Below, one piece after another: positions 47,256 through 58,950 of a stretch of DNA of 64,000 nt. This stretch comes from Fimbriosthenelais zetlandica (lineage: Eukaryota). The translations under genes were made by a program, and so were the position numbers. The DNA lies in NCBI GenBank assembly GCA_977030845.1, contig OZ365113.1, positions 29,512,001 to 29,576,000 of the forward strand. The letters run 5' to 3'. Under the pieces are notes generated by a model. It did no database searches. It had not been told where the DNA came from and saw nothing but the letters and a program-made list of their open reading frames with translations. The stretch's first letter is position 1. The number at the start of each line of letters is the position of its first letter.

Positions 47256-50200
47256 ATGATGAGGAAGTTTGTGTATTGTTATGTTTTCATGTGGTTTGGC
47301 AGCACGGTTTTCTGTGACAAGCTGACGGCCCCGTCGACCCTCAAAGCCGGGGGAGATGGAGTGAAGAGGCGGTCTCCCCAAGGGCTGATCTACCCTGATA
47401 CCTCTGGTCATTTGGATATGTCACAAGTATTGTACTCTAAAACTCAGGAAAGTGAACATAGACAATCAAAACCTGATAGCAATGACTGTTTAGAAACGCT
47501 CAAATTACTTCTATTCAACCAAGGCCAGGATAATAAAACCAAATCATTGTGTGAGTAAGCCCTATAATAATTAACATTTCTACTTGTTAATAATCAAATA
47601 TCATTTATTCAAATATATAAATCAGAGTTTTATATAATTATACAAAAAGATATGCGTGTATGCCTATACATGTAGGCCTACCCCCATAAGGTGAACATTA
47701 AACTAAAAATGTATGGTCTACCAGTAGGGGCCTATAGGCCTACAAATATAGGGCCTAAGCTTATAAATAGGCATATAAATATGCAACAAATATCAAATTT
47801 TGCCGGAAGAATAATTGTCTGGTATTTCGTTGACGGATCTGGGCCACTATACCGCATGAGACTGCTTCCTATACCTATAGGCCTATTATAAAATTGCCAT
47901 CAAGCCATAGGAATTAGAGCATGCTAGTCAAGGTGCGACCATCTTCTTTTCCTGACATAGGGTATACTAGCTACCGGTAGGCCTACCGTACCCTGTAATT
48001 TATAACTGCCCATATGGGTTCACTATAAGTGTGGTATTAACCTTGCATTATTTCTCATACCAGACTGAACACTTAATTACCGGTATGCCTTTCTGAGCTA
48101 ATTGTCCAATTGTTTGCCATGAACCGGTATTAATGAATCTATTCATTATCTACCTTAAAGCTGGGCTCACTCTAGCCACAAATTATGTTTAGCAAAAAGT
48201 GCTAAAGACGCCAAATTTCCCTTAGCAATTTGCAGTTGGCGTTAGCAGATGTCAATTTGTATGGTAAATTTGAAGGAAACATTGCTAGTTGGATTTTTCC
48301 TTCAACTCTGATATTTGTGTGATTTTGCGGTGGTTAGGCGTAATTTTCATTTCGCAAAATTAGCGAATAACAGTAATTTTCTTTTAGCAAAGTAGTATTT
48401 TTATTCGCAAAGTGCGACAGTGCGATCGGGTAGAGCGAGCCCAGCTTTTCCATTTAAAACAAATCATGCAAATTATGAACTGCTCGCTCAGATAAAAAGA
48501 ATTGTGTAGACCTGTGATAAAATGTGTTCACTATCCGGAGTTTCTGCTAAATATTTGATAATGCAATTAGGCTAAATAATTGCATTAATCGCCACTGTGG
48601 CGACTGTTAAATTTCCCATATTTTAACCGCCTTCAGGCCTGGTTTTGATGTTCTTTCTGTTGAAAGTTATGTTTTTTTACGGAACATAATAAATTATAGT
48701 TCAAATTTTGTAAAACTAAACTAAATGATTATTTTGTTGCTAATGAATCACGAATGTGGCTAGTCGCTCTGTTAAGTTACCACAGTACCGGTAGTTACTG
48801 AATTTGATATCCTAGCGATATGACAATACTGTTTCAATTATCATTTCTATTCATTTATTTCACAGATTGGGACGCTACGGGTAAGCCTTCAGTAGGGAAT
48901 GAAGACAGTCCTCTTATATGGCTGGGTAACTTTGAAATGTGCCAAGCCCAGCCACATGGTCACTACTGTTTAGCAGACTTCAATGTAGCCACCACACCTG
49001 TCTTCCCATATCCTATTACCAACCAGGTATTATCTCATACACACCCTACCATCATCTCCCATCTACATTCATTATTAAAACTATTGATGAATTATTGATT
49101 TGTCCTACTTGTGGCAATCATTGATCAAGTCGAGAAATTATGGCGCTTAACTTGTGTGGGGATTTAGGAATGGTCAATGTCCATATGAATTAATTTCTTT
49201 CTTTGTTTTTCTTTTGAAGAAAAAGAAACAATTGTAAAAGAATTTAACCGAACAAAATCCGTTATATTTCTTATTTAATCCTCCCAAAAGTGTCATGGGC
49301 GTGCATTTATTTTTCTCATAATACTTGTATATATTTCTGGATTTAGGAGTTTGTAAATATGCTTAATTTAAACATTTTTGTCTAAACTGGGTTTTCTGAC
49401 ATGTCTATTGTTTGATTTAAACAGAGTTCCACAGCTGTACGGTGGGGTCTCTGTGCGGTGGATGTATGTAATAATACAATAATAGCTGATCATATAATGG
49501 AGATTATCAGGGGTAAGTACAGCTGTGCCAGTAACTACATACCCAAAGGTTCATTGTCTTAAATACCCTCTTCACGGATTGAGACTCACTATATGCCCAA
49601 GCCAGCGAAGTGAATTTTAATATAATACTATTCATCTATTTGTTATATTCCTACATATGATCTTTTTTAATATCAATTTTATTTCTTTCAGGGACCTTAA
49701 ATCTGGATGCACCAATATCATTTTCCAATATCGATGTAAATTGTGTTAAGAAACAACAAATCTCCTATGGTTTCAAATCCACCATGTGAGTATAGGTTCA
49801 AATTCATTTGGCAAGTTATATACAGTACTTTCCAAGATAATTAGTGATATTCAGAAATATTTTTTCTTAATTCCGCCCTCCACCAAAAAGTCAAAACATA
49901 TTTTGTCCCCTCACGAAACAATAAAACAACTTTAACCTAAATGGTCGTATTGTGAGTCGGTCTCTTTAATGATTATCTCTTATAGGTTCTGCATTTCTTT
50001 AAATCTTTGTTTTTCAGAGCTGTATTTGGCTGCCTCTTCGCCCTGGTCCTTCTTGGTACTGCTGTGGATCTTGCTCACAAGTATAAAGTCTCTCACCATC
50101 CTAAGTTAGTGTACCGTATCGATGGCTCCGGTAGTCATCTTGTCTGTTCAGACGGCTCTGTGGATGAGACCTCGCCCCTGCTCCAGCCTCCAGGCCCGCG

Positions 50201-53200
50201 CCCCTCCTCCAGTCACCAGAACAATGCCCAGGAGGAGCTGACACGACCCCCAGATGGAAGCCTGCTGCGAGGAGCCCTCAAACAGAACCCTGGTCAGCCA
50301 AATCTTATTCTTGACAGATTTTTCAACACTCGAACAGCCTCGTCATTTCCCTTGTTTCTGGCGAATTAAACTGTTCAATTTCATGTGGCTGTAATGCCTT
50401 AAGCTGTGGCTATTCCAGGCCTCAGAAAGCCTTAAAATGGCACCAAGAGGTCCAATAATGGTTTTCATTCATTTTCTGGTTTACATTATTTGACAGGTCG
50501 GGTTGTCCGGTTGCTGCAGTGCTTCTCGTTAGTGAGTAACTTACAGGAAGTGTTCCGTATTGACGTCATTCCGCCCACTATAAAGTGCCTACATGCAGTA
50601 CGTGTCCTCAGCAGTACGTGGGTAGTGCTGGGTAACTCTATCCTAGCTCTCTATACCACTGGCCTCGTAGGTAAGTACAGTGGTTACAGTGTCTACCCCG
50701 TGTGTGGAAGGTCGCACGTTCAAACTACGGCCTGGTCAAACCAAAGACTAAAGAAATTGAAGTAGCTGTAGATTAATAACTTCGCCGTTGGCCGTTATGA
50801 GAACACAAATAGAGTTAAAATGGCCGCCTCATTCTATAGGCAGAATTTGGATCTTTAAACGGGTATTACTTCTTTACAGTAACGTTACAGTTACAGTGGT
50901 AACTATATCCCATTTTTCCCTTCAATTCAAGATCGGGACCATTTCTTAGGTCGGGCAGGAAGCTAAACAATTTGTTTAACGTGGCTATATTGAGCACAAC
51001 AATTGCATCACGAATCCATCATTCAATTCAGGACAAAGTTCATCATCGGACTTGTTTTTATTTACAGATAACCTAGCTGTATTTAGGAGTTATATCAAAC
51101 GGTTCACTTGGCAAGTTATACCCAGTACTTTCCTTGCTGGAGATACCTTCTTTTTCCTCAGGTATATTCCTTTTGTATTTACCGCCAGATTAGATATATT
51201 GCCTGATCAATTCCTTTATTATAATGAAATTTCTCTTTTGAGCTTCTTGTTGCATGTTCAGTCATGACATTTCTAGGGAAAATCTGTTGCTCAAGCAACT
51301 AGAACAGCCAGAATATGTCTTTTTATGGGTAACCATCTTTTAGATATAAATTGCATTCTATATACCAAAACTCCTAAAAATTCCAGTGGCCTTCTAGTGG
51401 CTTATGTGACACTACAACTCATGGAGAAGAAGAATGGTCGCCTCTCACTAGTACGATTCTACAGCCGCAGATATATCAGGTCTGTAGTCTGAAATGTGAC
51501 ATGTATAACTATAGCTGGCAATCAGTCATGGATCAATAGTCAATCATTGATTAATTAAACACTCATGGCTCGTTCAGTCAATCATGGATCAACCAACGGT
51601 CAACCAGTCAATCGTTGATCAGGCAGTTAGTCATCGATTAATTAGTGAGTCATGGAATTGGCAGTCAATCATTGTTTAATTAGTAAGTCATGGAATAGGC
51701 AGTCAATCATTGTTTAATTAGTAAGTCATGGAATTGGCAGTCAATCATTGTTTAATTAGTAAATGTATTTTATTTCGTGTTGTTGCAGGTTGACGCCGCT
51801 GGTGGCTGGTGTCCTCTTTCTCTGGTGGTATGTCGTCCCTCACCTCGGCTCAGGTCCTCTCTGGTACAAGATGCTCTCTGAGTATTCATGTCCCTCTCAC
51901 TGGTGGATCAACTTTCTCTATATACAAAACTTCCACCCGGTCCACTTCAATGATATAGTAAGTCTCAACTAGAACCTAGTCAGTGACTAAGTAGAGTAAA
52001 GGAAGTAGAGCCAGGTATGGGGCTACAGTCTTACTTTGACTTTAATTATTTAACATAACTAGTTTTATTACCTTGTTTGTTTTTCAGTGTATGACTTGGA
52101 CCTGGTATTTGGCACTTGACGCACAGTTTAATCTATTCAGTCCCATACTGCTACATATCCTTTATAGGTCAGTATTTTATGAGCAAATATACATGGATCC
52201 ATTTATATGAACAATTAACCAAATACAAAGGTACTGATCTTGAAGTTAATTTAATTAATGTTTTTCAGGAGCTGTAAGAAGGGAATGGTGGCCGCAACTA
52301 TCATGATATGTATGAGTCTAGCGACCACTGCCTCCCTCATTGGTTACTTTAATATTAACGTCAATATTCCTGCCACTATTCTTGCCCAAGATGATGTGTA
52401 AGTCAAAAATAAATTATTATTTAATAAGGCATCCACACACTGACATTTTGAGTCGATTTTGGGGGCTGAAACCTTGTGAATTGTTGGCTAAAATTCGTGT
52501 GTTGTACATTGATTGTAAATACCCGAATATTTGAAATAATAAAAATAAAATATTTAATTTTTTCAGAGGTTTAGACAACTATAGGTCTATTGTGTTTGAC
52601 AAGCCCTATGTCCGCGTGCCTCCCTATATAGTAGGTATGATTACTGGCTACTTCCTCCAGTCCAACTCCCAGAACCCGCGACTCGCTCAAAGAGCAAAGG
52701 TTAGTCAAAAAGTATTTTATTATTTACAGAAAAAGTTGTTCCCACACCGGGAATCGAACCCGGGCCGCCTGCGTGAAAGGCAGGAATCCTAACCACTAGA
52801 CCATATGGGAATTCCCATGGTTTGGTACCTCGCAATGCTCTTCCTATTAGGTCTAATTCAAACATGTGGTCATTTCAATTTGCTGAGAAAAAGCTGTGTT
52901 CCCACACCGGGAATCGAACCCGGGCCGCCTGCGTGAAAGGCAGGAATCCTAACCACTAGACCATATGGGAATTCCCATGGTTTGGTACCTCGCAATGCTC
53001 TTCATATTGGGGCTAATTCAACTATTATGGTCATTTTAATTTACTGAGAAAAAGGTGTTCCCACACCGGGAATCGAACCCGGGCCGCCTGCGTGAAAGGC
53101 AGGAATCCTAACCACTAGACCATATGGGAATACACAGCCGGTACTCTCCTGCTTCTAAAATAGTGACTACTTTTTTGGGAACACTTTTTTTATTTCCCTT

Positions 53201-54463
53201 GAGAATAGGCTGAAGGAATTAAATTTTGTCCCGACATTTAAATGCTTTTTCTTCTGAACCTAAAGTGGTTTCTATGCAGAGGTGTTTTAGTAGTTTAATA
53301 TGACTTTTATTTTTCACCAATCCCTTCCTATTGAGAATACTTCTGTTAAAATTATTAAGCCACTATTATTAACTCGGACAAATGTTGATTGTTTTCACAG
53401 TTGAAGGTGATAGCATTGTGGATAGGAGCAGTAGCTGTGTGTTTTGTCCTTGTCTATGGCCTCTACCCGACATCTCAGGGTTACCCGCTGGGTCTACCGG
53501 GTAGTGTCATCTATGGTACCCTCAGTCATACCTGTTGGGCCCTCGCCCTGGCCTGGATAGTCACCGCTTCCCATAGACAATGTGGTGGTAAGTTTCATTA
53601 TTATTAATTTACCACAGGACTAATACACTGGTATTAACTGGAACTGAGTGATTTCCGCCCAGTTGTTCAGCTTGGACGGATCCACTATAGTCGATACGTC
53701 CATTTCTTTTTTTTGCAACGAGCTCTCTGATTTTTTTTTACATTTATGGGGCCTACAATATTTTTTTTCTCATGGTGTGTTTTAGGAGTGATCGGAGCTT
53801 TCCTGTCCTGGCATGGCTGGGTCCCGCTCTCTCGAGTTACCTTTGCCGTCTACCTTGTCCATCCACTAGTGATAAATGTTTACAACTACAGCTGCAAGAG
53901 GCCCATCCACATATCCGATTACTATATTGTGAGTAAATCTTTAATTGTTTTTCAAGAAAATTCTACTTTAGAGTGAGATAACGATTCTATTGTCTAAATT
54001 ATGTATATATTCCAAAAATAAAATGATGTTGTAAAATGATGGAAACTAGAAAAAATACTCATTTCATATAATTTGCTGTCAACCTGGAAGGAATCCTGAA
54101 GGGACAACACACACAAAGATTCATTTGTTTCAATTTCACTCACAGAAATAGTAAAACATTCTATAATATTTGCTTTCAATACGAAAATGTAATCCTTTCA
54201 GGCCTGTTTCGCTGAAATGGCCTGTGCGAATTTAAACTCATTATATTATAACAAATCACAAATGATATCGGCAACATTTCGAGGTCACCACTTGTAATTA
54301 ATTACGAAAAATGTTAATCTTTCAGGGTTTATATTACTGTGGTTTGCTGTTAACATCTTACGTGGCGGGTCTCTTCCTCACTCTGGTCGTCGTACAACCA
54401 CTGATCAGCATGGGTCGCTGTCTGCGGCCTAAACAACCTACTGTCAGCGAGGAACCTAGCTAG
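47256..54463 (+). CDS. Nose resistant to fluoxetine protein 6-like / OACYL-like (NRF domain + acyltransferase-3 domain)
   Basis: 15 GT-AG exons: 47256-47550, 48866-49026, 49425-49512, 49692-49785, 50018-50292, 50497-50670, 51068-51161, 51387-51479, 51789-51957, 52088-52167, 52269-52397, 52567-52699, 53401-53587, 53786-53928, 54326-54463 (2253 nt, 750 aa). Signal-peptide-like N-terminus; NRF motifs (YWDATGKP...WLGNFEMC, WGLCA); AT3 motifs CFSLVSN, DTFFFLSG, RYIRLTP, GSGPLW, CPSHWWINFLYIQN, WTWYLALDAQF, KPYVR, PLSRVTFAVYLVHP. Confidence 0.88.
48157..48448. mobile_element. MITE (~290 bp) in intron 1 of the NRF-6-like gene
   Basis: 18-bp TIR AAAGCTGGGCTCACTCTA / TAGAGCGAGCCCAGCTTT with one mismatch. 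Confidence 0.7.
50676..50765 (+). mobile_element. SINE head fragment immediately after a 5' splice site
   Basis: TACAGTGGTTACAGTGTCTACCCCGTGTGTGGAAGGTCGCACGTTCAAAC...GGTCAAACCAAAGACT matches the family head. Confidence 0.7.
51649..51762. repeat. 38-bp minisatellite x3 with degenerate upstream copies (intronic)
   Basis: Unit GTCATGGAATTGGCAGTCAATCATTGTTTAATTAGTAA at 51649, 51687 and 51725. Confidence 0.9.
52739..52810 (-). tRNA. tRNA-Glu (anticodon TTC)
   Basis: 72-nt full cloverleaf TCCCATATGGTCTAGTGGTTAGGATTCCTGCCTTTCACGCAGGCGGCCCGGGTTCGATTCCCGGTGTGGGAA with A/B boxes and a T5 terminator. Confidence 0.95.
52899..52970 (-). tRNA. tRNA-Glu (anticodon TTC)
   Basis: Identical 72-nt copy, 160-bp period. 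Confidence 0.95.
53058..53129 (-). tRNA. tRNA-Glu (anticodon TTC)
   Basis: Identical 72-nt copy, 159-bp period. Confidence 0.95.
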
Positions 54464-56106
54464 TTCCTAAAGTAATCCATCAAACTCACTTATCTAACCT
54501 ACTTACATAAATTCTACCACCACGTAAATAAGGCATACTTACTGACAATACTACCTTACTTCAAACATCTACTAAGGAACATGTCTTTTTTTAGATTTGA
54601 TACATACTTAAATGTTATATTTCACCATAATTTTCCCTTTAAGACTTGACTGTCTGATATACTTATGAATCTTTCCCTAAAGGGATGACTGGAAACTGAC
54701 CTTTGTTGGTCCAATGTTTTGACCAAGGCGATTTTCTTGGGTTCGAAGCAATATAATGTCCCATTGTAAGTCTAATGGGATTTGGACATTTTTACACGGG
54801 CATTGGGGCTTTATTGAACCCAGTAAGGCTTTTAGGGTAGATGGAAGCTTATTGGCTCATTATTGTCTTGACCATCAGTACACTTAATTATAAATCTATC
54901 ATTGATGTGTTTTAGACACAGTCAACCATCGCCTTGTTTATGCATTTGCCTATGATATATTTTAGGCAAATTACCTCGACTTAAGCTTTATATAAGCATT
55001 GGCTATACATGTGTATTGGCTATATTGTTTTGGCTACAAGGATATCATTCTCTTTAAATTTACTTCTTTTAGAAAGGACAGTTTTTCTTGACATTATTAC
55101 CTAAGCACCGATACTGGTACTTGACAGGTCTTTTATAAAATGGTATACCTAAATTGAAATTTTCCTGTAGCAATCTTTATTATTTGCTCAATTGTATTGG
55201 CTTTGGGCAAGAATTCTTGCAGAATATCAAAAGGTACTCGCGACTGCTCTGAGAGTAGGACCACTATTGCTTAAATATTCGAATTTTTTGTTATTTATTT
55301 AAGCGGACGAAGATTCTATTGTCTTGCCCAAGAAACGGTATATTTGTTGGTATCAGTAACATGGAATTTTTTTTACCTCCATGTATTTTTCTTTTTATTT
55401 AATTTTATTCATATTTTATCTTCAATTGGCCATATTTCATGAGTCTATTCAAATATGAAGTTCTATTATTGCAGTGGCTTAAATATTTTTCTTTGTAATT
55501 CAAGCAATTATTCTATCTCTCATCTACTTAACCTATACCTTTGATATTAAAATATGATATTCACTTTTCAATATTAAAAATGCACAGTTCTAGGGTATGG
55601 AGGCGGTCATTTTTTAATGTTTAGTAAATGGAAAATACATGTATGTATATAATTAATATTGCATTTTCCATGCATTATGATCTGCATATCAAAATACAAT
55701 CTGTTGAATGTGGTAAACATGGATTCCCTATTAAATCTACCAATAATGAACAAATTATATTATACTATAGTACTGGTAGAACTATTATATCATTGTTAAT
55801 CTTAAATCTCTGTATTGTGCATATCACTTTTTCTGCACGAATGAGTTGATTTTCCTATAATTAATTTAGGCCTACGGTACATCGAAGTAGGCTCTGGTTC
55901 TTACAACGTGCTCAATACAGTAATCAGGAAAAGCAGTGTCCAAATATGTCAGTAGGCCGTAATGACAGAACTAACTTATTTCATTGGAACTCCTTATTAA
56001 TACCTTCGAAAAGTGGATATTTGATACTTTGTAGAATGAGTGCATATTTCCCTGGTCGGTTTCAGGTTCCCATGCACTAAAATTTTTCTCCTGAAAAAGG
56101 TTAATG

Positions 56107-56178
56107 TTCCCACACCGGGAATCGAACCCGGGCCGCCTGCGTGAAAGGCAGGAATCCTAACCACTAGACCATATGGGA
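56107..56178 (-). tRNA. tRNA-Glu (anticodon TTC)
   Basis: Identical 72-nt copy in the second cluster. Confidence 0.95.
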
Positions 56179-56267
56179 ATTCCTATGGTTTGGTACCTTG
56201 CAATGCTGTACGTATTGGGGCTAATTCAACTATGTGGTTCATTTTAATTTACTGAGAAAAAGGTGTG

Positions 56268-56339
56268 TTCCCACACCGGGAATCGAACCCGGGCCGCCTG
56301 CGTGAAAGGCAGGAATCCTAACCACTAGACCATATGGGA
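56268..56339 (-). tRNA. tRNA-Glu (anticodon TTC)
   Basis: Identical 72-nt copy, 161-bp period; spacer homologous to the first cluster. Confidence 0.95.
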
Positions 56340-58950
56340 ATGGACATTCACTTTCGTCTTGCAATACGGTTCCTATAAGTGCAATGATAATTTACTAAGA
56401 TCTCTATATTATTAATATTTTCCAGTGCCAATAGAAGATCTTTGTTGCAACAGATTCGAGAAATGCGGAATTCAAAATCAATCTTTACTGCTTATCTTTG
56501 TTAACCGGTGAAGATTATGCCATATTTTCTTTTCATTTTTGAAAGAATATTATACTCACGTTATTATTGTAATCGCTTATGAAAAGTTAGCTGAATGTGC
56601 CATATATGTGAAGTATTTACATATACTGAGTTTTAGGGGTATTTATTTGCATATATTTATGTATTAAAAAAGAAGTGAGTTGATGGGATAAAATACGACG
56701 CAAGGTATATATATGCATGATCTCTCCAGACAAGGGAATCTAGCCACAAATTCCTTGTGTTAATCCTGAATATTTCTAAAATTATTTGGTTTGTTTTAAC
56801 CTTGTAGAGATGCTTTTATTCTGGGATGACGATCCAAATAAATTCAAAAGCTCAAAAGTATTAATTTGTACAAATGTATATATAATTTGATTCGGTAATG
56901 TCAGATTTATATTTGTGTTGCTTCCATTTAACTGATATATTTCAAGTCTTTTAAACAGATTCAGAACCAGAGGTGTCAATAAATTAAACCTAGTGTCACG
57001 TAACAATGCAGTAGAGGTTTAACAGATGGGGTTTTGTAATGTATGTGGTAGCAGTGCAATTTTTAAAATATTTGAGTCTTCAAAGATAAGATTGGGAAAG
57101 GTTGACATTGGATGCAAGTCCCAAAATGCCCTCCATTAGAACTTGTTTGTAAGCTATGTGATGTATACGAGAATAAAAGTTGAATACACTGTTGACTATT
57201 GTGAAAATGTACTTTTTAAATTTTCCTCCATTACGTTTTGGCCCACTCAGTAACGAAGTGTAAATATGATAACTTAACAATTCATTTGTTTGCTCACAAC
57301 TTTTATTTGTCCTATAACTGACACGATCCAGACATGATTTACTTGTACAACATTGATGTAATAAGACAGTAGTCTATCATAAATTTATTTAACATACATG
57401 CTCAGAAATACTGATGGACGGATGAGTGGCATTCAGGGATGCAAGTCATTCTCAAAGGCCAAAGGACCAATTTATGAGCTTCTTTTTACAATTTTAAAGT
57501 TTTTTCTTGATGGTTCTATTCTGCAAAAGTAGAAGAAAAATATTCTTTTATCAACGTATATAATGATTTCCCTTAATTCATTGAATAAGGTTATAAACCA
57601 TTTTTGTTTTTAGATAGTATATTCTTATAAATACATTTGAAGAAAAGGAGAAAACTTACACCCCTGAATTATGAAATTGTCAGACGGGCTATCACAGCTC
57701 AATCAAAGTTTGGTACGAACAATCAGATCTTTCGATCTCAAGTGACCAGATTAGGGGAGGGGGTGCGGCGGGAATGAACAAAATATTTCAGTGACCAGCA
57801 GTTTCACCATCATAATAATTATGGCGTGAATAATAAAGCAAGTGAAAATATATTTTATGTACAGTGATGAAAACATCAACTTTGCATTTAGTATGGAATG
57901 AAATCTCCGTGGGCAAGTGCGCAGGCATAGTTCACTCAGAATTAAGTTTGTGTTTAGAAAATGTAAAGATGAATTTCGATCAAACAAAATAGATCTTAAC
58001 CCGTTTACACAAATTGAAACGGTTAGATCAGGACCCTAACAATGTCATATTACGTGTAGTAGGTTAGAAACTCAAAATTATTTCTTACAATTTTAATATG
58101 TATAGAGGCATTGTCTTAGCATTGAAGAGGAAGCTTAGGATGTTAGAACTGCCAGATCCACTCCCCTTTATTGCTAACGTAATAACGACATGGAAATCAC
58201 ACACAGATTAGGGCATCAAATAAACAGCATCGACTGTAAAGCCTACAAAATGCAATAAGCATAAATGGGCAAAAATGTCCATGAGAAATGTGCTTTAAAT
58301 ATCAACTTAATGCTACACAATTGGCACTCGTGAACTGGGACACATTCGATACATCAATATATACATACTATACCAAAGATTGTCATCACCTTTGATTACA
58401 ATGAATATACCGGTTTGTACGATAAATGAGACTTTACTGTGATCAAAATAGCCAATAAAATTTCATAGCACAATGATATTTTCCTCTAATCTGAATTCTG
58501 AATGATTCAGAAAGATATTTGGACGGGTCACTGCATGATATATACACATAAGATTAGCACACAAAATGATGCTTACATATATCAATACACTTCTATTTAT
58601 ATTGTTCAAGAAATTTTTCAAAGTCAAGTATTATCTCTTTTTTTTTTACCATACAATAAAAAAAAACCATTTGTGCTGCAAAATATACCTGACAATATTT
58701 CCTGATATATAAGTGGATCAAACGCAAGGGATACATTATTATCCTAAAAATTAAATTTTTTAGGTTTAATTTATTTTAAAATATAAGAGTCAGGCATATC
58801 CACACACTCTTCAAGTTCGATGATATACATATTCAACTATTCCTGAATTCTGAAATGACTTAAAACTCTAGTCAATCCTCACTTGAAATTGACTGAAAAT
58901 ACCCATGGTGGGTGTTGGCTTGAAAATAATTGAATTTTTTTTTTAAAGAA

